From the NCBI GenBank assembly GCA_965112735.1, contig OZ218951.1, forward strand, positions 4,960,001 to 5,024,000: DNA of 64,000 nucleotides, written 5' to 3'. A model generated the notes under the pieces. The model was not told the DNA's origin, ran no database searches, and was given only the letters and a program-made list of their open reading frames with translations. A program made the translations under genes and the position numbers. Shown here in pieces: positions 1 to 13,767 of the stretch. The stretch is from Phaeosaccion multiseriatum (lineage: Eukaryota; Protista; Ochrophyta, other classes). The stretch's first letter is position 1. Every line of letters starts with the position of its first letter.

Positions 1-566
1 GCGTGGTACAGGGGCAAGGTATGCCTCATCTTCACACGAGCTTGCAGTGCAGTGCAGTCACAGGAGGGAGGCGGTCCATCTCTCTCTCTTGTGCGTCTGT
101 GATCGAACGCCCAGAGGGCAAGAGGGGCCGCCCAGGGTGGGGACACTTGACCAACCTAAGGGGAGAAATTGAGTCTGGGTACGTGGATGGGGAGCTCATC
201 GCACACACCCACGCTCTCAATCACTGGATGACTCACCAACACTCTCACTTAACTCACGCACTCTCACGGATGTAGGCACAGATCGGCCTATTGGAGGGGA
301 TTTGATGATTGAAAAGGGCCCGCAAGCAAACGTTGGCCTTGGGATGGACGCAAGCGTGTTCGCATGTCGGCAAGAGAGGACAATAACTTGTGTATATTTA
401 TTATGACCCTGGGCACGTATGCAACACATGCATCAGCACTTCCTACACCTTCCCATATACATACATACAGCGTGAGCGAGTCGCTCTGCCATGGGACAGC
501 AACACCTGCGTGCATGGCATGATCTGCCCCTTTCCCTCCCCCTCCCCCTGCCCCCTCCTCCCACTG

Positions 567-2156
567 CTACCCCGCCCCCCCCTCTCTCCTCCTTCTCTCC
601 CTCATCCTCTGCGCCACGCCCCTCCGCCACTCACTCGCCCGGACCGCCGCCCTCAGCACCGCGGCAGGCAAGCGCCCCACCACCGCATTCATCGCCCGCT
701 CCCCCAGCAGGGAGGTGTGGCCCCAAGCCGTCCGGACAGGGGCAGGGACCAGCCTCGGCAGCAGCGTTCCACCGACCCCACAGCGGCCGAGGGCAGGCAC
801 ACCGCCGATGTCGTAGTGTTGAGAATCGGAGCCGCCTAGCACCCTTCTGCAGCGACTCGCGTTGACCCACATAACCTTCCTCGAGTTGGTGGTGACTACA
901 TTGGTGAGCAGCAAGCTCGTGCCCCGCACCTTCCTCACATAGGTCTGCAGCCATGCGCCCTTGACGTGGGCCCCTGTGCACCATACCTCCACCACGTCCC
1001 TGGCCATTAGGTCTGTGCTGATACGAGAGCCGTCAACGGGCCAGCGCAGCCTCGATCGAGTCACTTCCTCGTCCCAGCGCCGGTCCCATCCCGGGTAGTG
1101 GACAGAGAACCGGCGCTCTCCGGCCACCTCTGATTTGCCCACAATCTTGGCCTCCCACCAGCTCACGCCTGTGAAGATGTCCAAGCTCTCGAGGCGGAAA
1201 TTGCCCCTCCAGCATACCTCCTGTGGGTGTGAGTGGGTGTGGTGGTGGTGAGGGGGGGGCAGGGGGGAGTTTGTTTAGGTTGTGATGGGGGTGGAAGAGG
1301 GGGGTGCATACATGCACTGGGGAATGGATTCCTGTCATCGATTCACTCACCACATTGTCGCCCAGCAGAGGGTCGTCGTGCCTCTCCTTGAACTCCTTCT
1401 TCACCTTCCCCACGTTTCTTCTGCTAATCCCGTGGCTGGGGGCTACTCCTCCCCTTCCTGACGACGTCATCGCTGTGTGTGCCCCACTGGGCTCTGCTTC
1501 ACTGGATTTGGGAGGATGCCCACCGAAGCGCCGAGCGTACCACCACCGCCACAGCACGTCTGAGCCGGCAAGGTCCCGCCACTCGCGACAGACGGAGGCC
1601 GACTGCAGCCAGGAGAGGCGGAACAAGAATGCGGAAAAAAAAAGAAAGTTAGCGCAAAGACCGAAGAAGCTTTCTCCACATTCTTCCTTCTCACCTGAGC
1701 CGTGTCCGCCATTGGCAAGAAAGACATGGCGAAGATGATGAGCGGACAAGGCAGCTTCCTGATCCCCTGCGCTGCTCCTGTCTTCCCCTGACACAGGAAA
1801 GATGAAGGAAGAAAAACTCGGGACGTTAGTGTGTGAGCAGGTACGTATGAGGGAGCATCGACAATAGGGGCGGGGAGACAGCTGTGGCAGGAGCAGAGAA
1901 GGCCCTGGACAAGACTGTCGACCGCGCCCCACCAGCGCCGTCCTTTATAGAGGATGAAAGAGTCTCGCACCCCTCCACGGCACCACGCCCATCAGGTGGG
2001 GAGAAAGGAAGGGGTAAGAAAATCAAAAACTTCCCGCACAGCCGCGCCGCAGCAGTAGTAGTATGCACGCACCTTCTTCCTGAGAGAGTGCCTCATGCTG
2101 AAGGGAGCAAGCGTCGTAGCGAGCTTCATTGCGTGTGCTCTTGGATATGCTTTCAT
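567..2156 (-). CDS. F-box protein with C-terminal Tudor/Agenet (chromo-barrel-like) domains; about 4 exons (2156-2073, 1787-1695, 1602-1351, 1220-567)
   Basis: Spliced translation gives an F-box (IRKLPCPLIIFAMSFLPMADTAQ|SASVCREWRDLAGSDVLWR), then DNV|EVCW..WWEAKIV..FSVHYPGWDRRWDEEVTRSRLR (Tudor-knot/Agenet) and a second DVVEVWC..GAW unit. Junctions are GT-AG, phase 0. First exon, start codon (2156/2129/2096) and 3' end are uncertain. Confidence 0.75.
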
Positions 2157-2308
2157 GCCCCGAACCCCACCTCCCTCTTTGATATTTCAAAACCAGCAAA
2201 CTGAAACTGAAAGAGAGAAAGAAAAAAAAAAAATAGAAACAAAGACGACCTTGCCTCCCCTCCCTCCTCTCCTCTCTCCCACACCATTTCTCCCTGCCTC
2301 TCGGGACC

Positions 2309-3956
2309 ATGCCGAGGGCCTTGAGCAACGAGGTAATTGTGGAAGCCAGCGTCGCTTCCTGGGTGGGGGGGGGGGGGGGGGGGGGAGTACCGCACTCACA
2401 CAAGTCCCTATATTGTCCTGTTGCGTTGCTCCTTGTGGCAGGCCAGCCGCCTTGAGGAAGCCATCACCAATGGCGAGAATATCCACAGGGTGCAGGCGGC
2501 TGTGAGCGCCCTCGTCGCCAAGAACGGAGGGACGAAGGCATGCTTGGACAAACCCCTCGGTGATGGAGGAGAGCCTGCCCTGCACGGAGCAGTAAGAGCA
2601 CGGAGAGGGGACATCATTGCTCTTTTGCTGCAAGAGGGGGCGTCGCCGAATGCTGCAGAGCCTATACATGGCATGAGTGCGTTGATGTACACATGTTTTT
2701 GCGAGGACGCTGCTGTCGTACAACAGCTCCTCTCTGCTGGTGCTGACGTCAATGCAGTAATGAGAAATGGCTATACGGCTCTCATGACAGCCTCCCAGGA
2801 AGGGGCCGTTGTGGTGGTGTGCAAGCTGCTCTCCGCCGGTGCCAGGGTGGACTTGGCTACCAGTGGGGGTGTGACGGCGTTGCTCCTCTCCTCCGAGGAA
2901 AGGCATCATGCTGTGGTGCAGCAGCTCCTAGCGGCGGGTGCAGAGGTGGACCGGGCAAATATGAAGGGGGAGACAGCCCTGCATGTAGCCTCACAGAGAG
3001 GACGGGAAAGAGTGGTGCAGCAGCTGCTCTCAGCCCGGGCGGAGGTCGATAAGACAGATTCCGAAGGCGTTACGGCCTTGCTATTGGCCTCCCAAAAAGG
3101 GCATCATGCGGTGGTGCAGCAGCTGCTGTCGGCCAGGGCTGATCCCAACCAAGTGGATGAAAGAAATGCAGGAGTCACCCCCTTATTGGTGGCCATAGAC
3201 AAGGGGCACGACAGGGTAACGCACCTACTGCTGACCTCCGGAGCCAATGCGAATTTGCCGGCCCACGACCCATGGTTTCCGCTTGGTATAGCGAGCCAGG
3301 AGAACCATGGCCTTATAGTGGAGCAGCTCATCACAGCCGGCGCTGACCTCGAAAGCCGTAATGGTGAGCATGGGAGAACGGCATTGATGATAGCGTGTAT
3401 GAGAGGGCACAGAGGCATTGTGCGGAAGCTGCTCAGGGCTGGGGCAGAGGTGGATGCGATTGATGGCGATGGGTTTGGAGCGATACAACTTGCATGTACC
3501 AAGGGCCATGCTCGTGTCGTGGAGGAGCTCATCTCAGGAGGTGCTGACGTGGAGACGTGGAGTGAAGACGGGTTCACAGCTTTGCTCAGAGCTGCTGCGG
3601 ATAACCATGAGGCAGTGATCCGTGTGCTGCTGTCTGCAGCTGATCCTGACAATGAGGGCACTATCGGTGTTACTCCCTTGTGTTGTGCGGCAGTAAAAGG
3701 CCACAGCGGGGCGGCGCTGGAGCTGCTCTCAGGAGGAGCCTCACTCTCAAAGGCTCTGACAAGAGCGCGAATGGATGGCGATATAGCAGCGATGGAGTTC
3801 CTTCTGGCCGCGGACAGACAGCACTTTGCGTCACAGAGCGCGTTGGACCTGATGCGGGGCACTGACCGTCTCTTTGGCAAGGAAGGGAGGCTGAAGGTGT
3901 CGCAGAGAGAGGTTAGCCCTGAGGTGCTGCAGGAGGTGGCGGAGGAGATGGCATGA
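2309..3956 (+). CDS. Ankyrin-repeat protein, paralog 1 (12 repeats, about 512 aa); exons 2309-2332, 2442-3956
   Basis: Repeated GxTALxxA..GH..VV.QLL.AGA.VD. An 8-codon first exon MPRALSNE with a phase-0 GT-AG intron matches the other two paralogs. Confidence 0.93.
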
Positions 3957-4135
3957 TGAAAGGGGCACCTCTCATGGCATGCAGTGTGGATGTAAGGGCG
4001 GAGGGAGGGGAGACTGGTGATGGCCTGTGTTGATTGAGTTGAGGACGAGGGAGCAAAGGTCGAACTACCTCATCGGCCGCACTCCTCGCAGCGGGGGGCT
4101 TGAGAGGGCATTACAGGGCGGCTGCTGTATCACCA

Positions 4136-4172
<37 letters not shown>

Positions 4173-4963
4173 ACCCTTCAAGCAGGACGATTCGGGGTTA
4201 GAGGGGCCTGCTATCCACCACACAGGCACAGTCTTGGGTAAATATGAAATGGAAATAATGTGATGTGCTCATTTTAATTTTAAAATTCATGGTTAAAAAA
4301 AAAAGGTACGAATGATTCACCGTTCCTTCCCTTCCCTCTGGTTCCCCCTCTCTCCTCCGGTGCCTCCCCTCCCCCCCCCCCCCCCCCTTTACCCCACCCC
4401 CCACTCTCACTCCTTTTGTTTGTTCGCTTACGTCTTGCCTGGCTTCTCTTCGAAACAAAGCGAAAAGAAACGTACTGTGTGTGGCTCTGAGAGTGGCTCT
4501 CTTCAAAATCGTTTCGAGTCTGTCCGTCGTGTGAGTCCATCCGTGTCGTATGCCTTGACAAGGTACGTTCAACACGACGCCAATCGATTTCCCATCACCC
4601 CCCGCGTGTCGACATGACCACGAACACACGCACGCGGTCGGACCGAACCTCTTCCCTCACCTCCCCTTCCCTCCCTTGCCCTCTCTTCCCCTCCTCCCTT
4701 CTCCCCTCTCCCCTCCCCTTCCCTAATGCCACTGGATGGCACTCCACGACCATTCCCATCCTCGGAGAGGGAAGGAGTAAACAAGCAAGCAAGCACTGTA
4801 GATGGCGAAGTGATTGTAGGCCCGTCAGTCAACCGAGAGGTGGAGCAACTTGTCTGCTTGACGCCCCTACCCCATGCCATGCCGGCAGGTCCCGTCCCGT
4901 CCCATCCCGTCCCGTCTCGTCCCTCTGAGTCAAGTCTCGCCTTCGTTCCTGTCCCTTTGTTGC

Positions 4964-7432
4964 TCATTGGTCACTCGGGGCGGACTCTGTCTCCATCTCA
5001 TCCGCTGCAGCTGCTGTTGTATCACCAACTGCCGCTGCTCCCTTCTCTTCTCCCTCCTTGCCCTCCTCCGCCGAGGGGACCGTTTCATCCGCCGCCGGAG
5101 CACCACCATCCGCAGCCGCCGGAGGTACCTCTCCCTCCTTCCCCTCCTTGGCCCCCTGTTCCTCCTTCCCCTCCCCTCCCTCTCCTCCTTCCTTCCCCTC
5201 CCCCTCCTTCCCTTCCCCTGCCTTCTCCTCCCCGGCCGGCGGTGGGGTGGGCGTAGCGGGCTTAGGCTTGGGCTTGGGTTTGTTCATAATGGGCTTACAC
5301 AAGGCGTCAAGAGCGTTCTTCTTCTGCTTGATGTCCTTGATGGTGAAGCAGGGATCCTCGCAGTCCTTCATGGTGCTCTGCTTGTTTTGGTTGTCGTACA
5401 GCCATGCCAGGGCCGCGTCTGCCTCCGTTCGTACCTTGTCCGTCTCCTCGTCGGAAATGTGTGAGTACGCCTGTTTGTATAGTCATTTGTTTGTTTGTTT
5501 GTTTGCACGTGCGTGGGTGTGGGTATGTGGTTTTGGTGTGGGCGTGTGGTTGGGATTGGGTGGTGTTGGTAAAGCGGCCATGGCAATGACAGACAAAAGG
5601 GAGAGACAGGACAGCACAACAATCAACACACACACACACACACATGTGCTGTGAACCAGCCGACACCACCACCACCACCTCCAGCAGCAGCAGGCTTCTT
5701 CTCCTCTCCTGTCTTCCCTTTCAGGCACCCACTCACACACCCACACCCATACACACGTACACACACACACCCCACCCACCCACACTCACTACCCACGTAC
5801 CATCCCACCCACGCACCCACACCCACCCATTGACTTACCTCGTCCTGGCTGTTGGCGAAGGTCTTGTACGTCTCCGCGGTCTCCCTGAGGACGCTCGCCC
5901 CCGTCTGCCTCTGACTCTGCTCCGTCTTTCTGTCCTCAATCCTATTGCCCGGCGTCTGCAACTCCTTCAGCTTGGACGAGTACACCGACTTGCTGCTGTC
6001 GAACCCTTCGTCCGAGTAAAGCCACTCCTCGGCGGCCTCGAGAGCAGTGGTGAGCGATGCCGCCTCGGACTCCGAAGCGAAGATCTTGAGGTCGCCCACT
6101 AGACGGTCTCGGAAACTGTAAATGTACGACTCGAGCTCGTTGCGCTTGTCGGCCGTCTCCTTGAGGATTCGATCCTGAAAGTGGGTGTGGAATTGGGGTT
6201 GGGTGAGGATAGAGGGAGGAAGGGAGGGGGGGAGAGGGAGGGAGGGAGGGAGAGAGGGACGGGGAGGGAGGGACGGGGAGGGAGGAAGGTGTGGGAAGGA
6301 GAGCAGAGGAGAGAGGGAGAGAAAAGAGGAAGGGGGAGATAAGAGAGCAGGGGAGAGGTATTGGGCGGGGGGAGGGTACCTCCCTCCCTTCACCCCTCTA
6401 CCCCCCCTGACTCCAAGGAGCCTTGTGCGGCATACCGCGTGCCTTTCCCGCCCGCCGTACGTACGTACCTGCTGCGCCATCTTGGCCTCAGCCTCGTGGA
6501 ACGCGTCCACTTCCTGCTTGCTCAGGCGCCCGTTGCTCGTGTCCACCATCAAGTTCACCTTCCTAAACTTCTTCTTCATGACAGGCTTAGGCTTCTCCTC
6601 CTCCTTGGCGGACTCGGCGGCGAAGCTGGGGGGCTCCACATCCATGGCCTGAAGGAACAGTCGCCATTTGCGGGGGTGTGGTGTGTGTGCGTGAGTGCGT
6701 GCGTGCATACGTACGTGTGCGTGTGTGTGTATTTCATTTGGTTGGTGGGTCACGGAGTGCGTCGTTGGGGTGGTTAGGTTCGAGGGCAAGGAGGGGCGAC
6801 AAAGAGTAGAGAGAGTGGTGAGAGAGCAAGTAGAGTGAGAAAGAAATGACGTGTACATTGCCCGTACGGATACACCGAGGTTGAGTTCAACGGGCGCGCA
6901 AGGAGAGCGGGGGGGGGTTCAGCGGCAGCAGCAGGAGCAGCAGCAGGAGCAGCAGGAGCAGCAGCAGGAGGAGAAGGAGGGGGAGAGGGAAAACTGCAGA
7001 AAAGCGGCTCACTCGGCAGCGGCAAATACAACAGTCGGCCATCTGCTCATCTCGCACGCACGCACTCACATCTCCCTCGGGCGCCCCTCCTTCTGGGGCT
7101 GGCGCGTCCGCGCTCTTCGCCTCTCCCTCCGCCTCGCCCTCCTTGCCCTCTGCCCCTGCTGTGGCCGACTCCTCTCCTCCCTCCTTCTTGTCCCCCTCGC
7201 CGGTCTCCGCTCCTCCTTCTGGTGCTGCTGCTCCATCTCCTTCCGGAGTCGGGGGGGTGGTGGTGGCGGTGGCCGGAGTGCCAGGAACGAGGTCAGGAAC
7301 CACCTCCTCCTCCTCCATGATTGCTTCCATCATCTGTGCGCTCTGCACGCTGAGCACCCCGTTGATATCGTGCTTGACGTTGAGACGGATGGACACGGGT
7401 TCCAAACTGGGGATCTCCAGAATCCTGTGTGC

Positions 7433-7483
<51 letters not shown>

Positions 7484-10400
7484 GGAGAGAGAAGAGAGGA
7501 AGAGAGGAAGAGAGGGTGAAGGGAGGGAATGGGGGAGGACATTAGCGTTTCCGTGGTCTATTTCGGACGAGGCGGCAACGGAGGCAGAGCATGCCGCTCC
7601 CGTTTTTTTCAGTTTCACGAAAACACAACAACCCGGGGGGGGGCCGCCCAACCCCCCAACCCCCAAAGCCCCAACCCTCCAGACCCCCAACACCACTCAC
7701 TTGAACTTGGCCAGCTCCCTGCTCGCCCCGGGGGGCAGGTCCTCCGCGCACTCCTCGTCGTACGAAGCCACGACCTCAAACGGCTTGTTGCGCTTGAAGT
7801 TGATCCTCCTCGTCTTGGGGGTGGGAGCGTTCTTGGCGAACAGAACGGCCGTGGTAGCGTCGCTCTCGGCAGCAGCGGCGTCCGGTTTGTCTTCGGCCGC
7901 TTCTGGCTTCTCGGCGGCGGCTTTGGTGGTTGTTGTGCAGGGGAGGGGAGAGAGAGGAGGAGGTTGGGGGCAGGGCGGGGGAGCAGAGGTGGTGGCGGTA
8001 TGGTGACAAGGGTGGAGAGAGAGAGAGAGAGAGAGGAAGTTAGAGACTTGCAGGCATGCAGACATGCGGACTGAGCAAGAGCGAACGAGAGAGCGAGAGC
8101 GAGAGAGAGAGAGAGAGAGAGAGAGCCAAGAGTACAAGACCATATGACTGGAGACAACAGAGAGAGATCAGACTGCGAGCCTTCGACTGCGGCGTGTCAT
8201 CAGCGAGCTGCATGCTTGCCGACGGGTTCTAAGTGTCAGCAACAAATGCAGCCGACTCAGACGTGTGTACCTGGTGTCATCATGTCCCTCTCTGTGCCCC
8301 CCCCCCCCCCCTCAATTCACCACATTCACTAGCTTATGTATGTACCATCGACCACTTGCTACGGATCGTCCCTTTGAATTTCACCTTTGAACGTGACACC
8401 TTTGCAAACAAGCAAATAGAAAGTGTTCAGAGTAGACAAGAAGGCAAGGTCACGTACCATCGGTGTCCATGGCGTCCTTGGCGTCTCCCTCGTCCCAACT
8501 GAGGCGAATCGGATACGGCACGGCATCTGTGATGCTGAAGTCCTTCACACGGAAGCGAGACGACAGAATCGCACACTGGCATGGGGGAAGGATAGGAGGG
8601 GGGGGAGAGAGAGAGAGAGAAGGGAGGGAGGGAGGGAGACAGAGGAAGGGAGGGGGGTCAGGGGGTAAGGAAGGGCAAGCCCACACACACGCACACGCAC
8701 ACACGCACGGGTTGCTGAGTATCGAATCGAATCAGTCCTCAACCCCACCCCTTTCCCCCCTCCCTGCCTCCCTGCCTCCCTGCCTCCCTCCCTCCTCAAC
8801 CCCCTTCCTCCCTCACCCGCTCTACGCCTCAAACTCAAACTCACCTGCAGCGCCGCCCCTCTGGCGACACTCTCATCGGCGTTGAGAGTAGTGCTCAAGC
8901 CCATGTTGAGCGCGTTGACATCGGTGCCGAGGATGCCTGCCATCTTTCGCTTCACCATGGGCACGCGAGTGCTGCCGCCCACAATCTCCACAGCGGCCAG
9001 GTCCGTCGGGGCGAGGCCTGCCTCTGCTAGCACCCTCGATATGGGAGCCTGGGGGGGTGGGCGGGGTGGGTGGGTGTGGGGTGGTCGGATGGGTAGGTGG
9101 GGGGGGGGTGTTGTGGGTGAGATTGAGTCCAGTATGAATGTGAGTGTGTTGGACAAGGCCAGCCAGGCAGTGCGGGCCCAGCAAGGGAGGAAAGGAGAAG
9201 AGGGAGGAACGAAAGAAACCCCCTCCTCCCCCCCCCCTTCAGCCCCCCCACTCCCCCTCCCCTCCTCCCCTCCGCCCCTTCCTCCCTCGTCTCACCTCAA
9301 TCCTGTCCACGAGAGGTCCCAAAATCTCCTCAAACTGCTCCAAGCTCAACCTCGAATTGTAATCCGTATCTTCCACCAGGCACTCCACATTCACCACGGT
9401 ATCTGTGACACCAATCGGACTCAGATTCTTCTTGGCCTTCTCCGCGGCATCTAGCAGCTTCAGCATGGACTTGGGCTTGCCCATTGGGTCCCCCATGGTC
9501 GGGTTTTTGGCGGCAAAGTCCTTGGCCATCCAACAGGCGACTGCGTAGTCAAAGTCTCGCCCCCCGAGGTTGCGGTCAAAGGCCGTGGCTTTGACTACGA
9601 GAGACTCCTGTGTTTGTAGTAGGCAGCAGGGACAGCAGAAGTAGCAGTAATGGTGGCAGCAGCAGCATTTGCAGCAGCAATAGCACCAGGAAGGGCGGGA
9701 AGGGGGTGGGAGGGAGGGAGGGAGGGAGACAGGGAGAGAGGGAGGGAGGGAGGGAGGGAGGGGGATTGGGTCAGGGGCCTGCCGTATGCCCTTGGCTCCG
9801 TGGCGTTTGGTTTCCACCACTCTTCCACAGTCCTCCTTTGGTTCCATTTTGATCGACATCGATAGCGGCGTATTTGCTCAGGTGTAGTCAACAAAAGACT
9901 CAAACACGGCATATCCTTCCCTCCCCTTCCTTCCCTCTCCTTTTCTTCTTCCCTTCCCCTCCCTCACCCTCCCACCACCCACCCCTGTACCACCAACACC
10001 CGTACCTGCACATAGTCAACGAGGGTAGCGGTGAATCCGCAGTGCCCGAGGTCCATAAAGAGTGTGTGCTGAGGCACCTCTTTGTCGAACAGCTGCTTGG
10101 CCGACTTGTAGATTCCGTAGGCAAGAGCCGTGGCGGTGCCCTCGTGCACAAGCCGAAGACAGTTGAGGTCGGCAATTTGACAGGCGGAGAGCATGGCGCA
10201 CCGCATACTGTTGTGTGTGATTTGGGTTGGTTTGGTTGGGGGTGTGGGTGAAGGGGAGGCAAGAAGAGATGGATGGGAGTAAAGAGTGTGTAAGAGAGAG
10301 AGAGAGAGAGGTGGGGAGAGAGAGAGCACAAGAGCTACTCGATCCAGCACATCACACCCTCCCATCCATCCATCCACCACCCCACCCAATCCATGCACCC

Positions 10401-11025
10401 GCATCCACACACCCACACCCACACACAGCCACACACGCCTGACCCACCACATCCGTCCATTGTCATCCTTCACCCCTTACCCACACCACTCGTCCATCCA
10501 CTGCCATTCCTCAACCCTCACCCCTCTCATCTGACCCACTCACCTATCCGTGTACCAGGCAGGGATGGAAACGACCACGTCCGCCACTGCCACACCACCA
10601 TTGGCTCCCTTGGCTACCTCCACCACCTTGGTCAGCATCATCGCCACCACCTGCTCGGGGGTGAAGCGGGTGGTCTCGTCACTGCAAGGGGGAGAAGTGG
10701 AAGTGAGGGAGGGAGGGAGAGAGGGGGGGAGGGGAGGTGGGAGGGAGGGGAGGTGGGAGGGGAGGGGAGTGGGAGTGGCAGTGGGAAGAAGGGTTAGGAG
10801 TAGGAGTGAGAACAGCAGAGATTAGGGTCGGGTTGCAACTGCACCAAGAGGACATTGCGATAAGAGAGGAATCCTCTTTGTCAAGGGGGGGAGGGGGGGG
10901 GGCGTCTTTCTCAGTCCCTCCCCCTTCGTCGTCCTGATACTCACTCACTGCTCTGACACATACACATACACACGCGCGCGCACACACACACATATATATA
11001 CACACATACACACGCGCACACACAC

Positions 11026-11095
<70 letters not shown>

Positions 11096-11916
11096 ACGCA
11101 CACGCACACACCCACCCACTGTCACTGTCACTCACTTGTAGTTAACCACCGCCACAACCCCGCCGGTCTCCGGGTTCTCTTCGCAAGTGAAGGGCATGCG
11201 AGACAGATCCTTCTGTAGCTCCGGGTCCGCCCACTTGCGGCCGATGAGGCGCTTCACCTCCCTCACTGTGTTCTTGTAATTGGAGCGAGCCACGGACTGG
11301 GCGGCCTCTCCCATAGAGCGGGAGGTGCCGTTGAAGGACACCATGCACGGGTTCTTGCGGTTGCTGTTGTTGGAGAGGGGAGAGTGTGGGAGGGTGGGAA
11401 GAGGGGAGAGGGGGGGAGAGAGAAAAGAGAGGAGAGGCCGGGAGGAGACAAGGGGCCGGAAAACGAGGGGAAAAGAAGGGAAGGTTGATGAGTTGGTGGT
11501 GAGGAGCGGTACCAACGGAGGCGCTGATAGAGAAAGGGTCTCGGAGCGAATGCAAGGAGGGGAAGGGCCTGCGTTTTTTCGGGTGATGACGAGGACGGAG
11601 TGCGTCCTCAAAATTGATGCTACGAAGCTGCTCCGCCAAATTTCCGGAGTTGGGTTCGATAAGTTGGCACCCTTACCTATCCACCCAGCTACCTATGCTA
11701 CCACCTACTGAATTACCTCCTACTTGCCTCACCACTCTTCTACTCTGCCTCATTACCTACTTCGCGGGCTAATGGGTAGGTACCTCCTTCCCCTTCCGCG
11801 TTACCACCCCACCCGCCGCCGTACCTGCTCTCGTTAAGGATGATGTCCACCCCTCCCCCCTGCACCAGCCCGATGAGGCAGGAGTCATTTCCGAAGTCCA
11901 CCCCAATGCAAGACAT
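4964..11916 (-). CDS. HSP110: Hsp110/SSE-type Hsp70-family nucleotide-exchange chaperone, about 12 exons
   Basis: [20 protein letters not shown]|[64 protein letters not shown]|[36 protein letters not shown]. Acidic insertions typical of Hsp110. Confidence 0.96.
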
Positions 11917-13250
11917 TACTGAGAGCTCCGCTGTCGCTCCGACGAGTCTTGTTCACTGGCCAGTGTAACGAGGGGGGGTGAGAGGGACAGCGGACAGAGA
12001 AGGGCATAGAGGGAGAGGGGGTGTGACGGGCTTGTTAATTTAGCATGGTACCACAGGGAATGACTAAAGGCATTCCCCTCTTGCTTACACGCCACCGTTC
12101 GTGCGACCGCCTTCCACTTCGCCGCCTCTCTCCGCCCAACGGGTCCGCAGCCAGCCCGTTCATCAATCAGACAAAGCTATACTTGCAACAGACAGATCAG
12201 ACAGATGGAGAGAACCCAGAGTCGGTAGGCACTGCTGCTGCGCGAGAAAGTACACACAGAGCATCTTGCCACGGAAGCCCCGCGGAATAGAAGCCAAACG
12301 TCCTTCTTCTCCTCCTCCACGGCCACCACCACCACCACCACCCCCTCCTCCTACTCCTAGTCCTAGTCCTTCTCGGATCCTGACTCTGGTGGTGCTGCTG
12401 CTGACGCTCGGGCGAGAAGGGTGGGATATTTCCCAGGCACAACGGACTGGACACGACGATCCCGGTGCTGCTACGCCGCTGCGCCACGTCTCGCGGCCCA
12501 CAACCAGGGTTTAGCTGGCAGCGGCTTCCGCAGCTACTGCGACTGCATCCCCCCTCGCCTTGCCACCCCCCCTCTTCCCACTCCATCGATTGGAGCACTC
12601 TGCGCCGGTGGCACGTCACCGCACAACCCGCTTGTTCTCCGCCCCGCTTGCGCCCCTCCCCTCCCACCCCTCCAAACGCGGCCCCACCACCTCCGCCTCA
12701 ACCAAACAAGGCACGGAGACCTCCGTATGCCTTCTCTACCTCTTACCTCTTCTCTCTTTTATCGATCTATCGCTGCTTTTATGGACCGGTCGTTCTCCAA
12801 ATAAATTCGAAGCGTCTCGAAGGCGGGCGGGCTTCGAATCGAGCCTCTATATTTAAAGTCGGACAAGAGGGGTTCCGCTTTCACATGCATTCATTCTTAT
12901 TCTCATCAACCCCTGGGTGGTGTTTTTTTTTAGTTGGTGCATGCGGGGTTTTGCAATTTTGGTGGTGTTTCGGCCATGGGACACGAGGTGTGACGGATTA
13001 TAATGTAGAGCTCGTTATTTAGTAGTACCCCTTGTGTAGAGCCGCAAGCTGCGGAAGACAGGTGATAACTTACATGGGACGGTAGGGGCTGAAAGGAAGG
13101 AGGAGAGAGGAGAATAATATAAAAGAGAGCGATGGTGGGGTGGCTCTGCAAGGCCCGAGAGCAGTTTTTACGTGGGAGCGCAGACTTTTTTCGTAACCCA
13201 ATCGGCGGGTAATAGTAGGCGAGGTGAGGGAGTGATTGACGCACGAGTAC

Positions 13251-13457
13251 GGGAGGGAGGAGAGGGGGCAGGAGGAGAGGAGGAGGAGGAGGAGGAGGAG
13301 GAGGAGGAGGAGGAGAAGAGGAGGAGGAGGAGGAGGAGGAGGAGGAGGAGGAAGAGGAGGAGGAGGAGGAGGAGGAGGAGGAGGAGGAGGAGGAGGAGGA
13401 GGAGGAGGAGGAGAAGGAGAGGGGAGGAGCAGGAGGAGGAGGAGAGGGGAGGAGAGG
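13251..13457. repeat. (GGA)n purine tract upstream of the zinc-finger gene, followed by a 17-bp x3 tandem (CTGAGGCTTCGCCGCCT, 13471-13520)
   Basis: Directly visible. Confidence 0.95.
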
Positions 13458-13609
13458 TGTGACGAAGGCCCTGAGGCTTCGCCGCCTCTGAGGCTTCGCC
13501 GCCTCTGAGGCTTCGCCGCTAACCAAATTCGGTGCGGTTTCTTGTCACCTCAACTGGCTCTGCGTGCGCGGGTGGAGGGAGCAGCAGCAGTAGCGCCGGC
13601 AGAGACCAT

Positions 13610-13708
13610 ATGATGATGACTGAGAAGGGGCGGGACCACCAGGAGCAGCAGCACCGCTGGCAGCACCAGCAGCAGCAGCCGCAGTACCACCACCCCACTT
13701 TCGCCCGT

Positions 13709-13767
<59 letters not shown>

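Noticed and set aside
12803-12840. Heat-shock element for Hsp110 (cGAAgcGTCtcGAAg)
   Set aside because: Imperfect nGAAn array about 900 bp from the ATG; too weak to call.
11917-13609. Hidden protein-coding gene between Hsp110 and the zinc-finger gene
   Set aside because: Only low-complexity ORFs with no domain signal; more likely UTRs and promoter. An ncRNA cannot be excluded.
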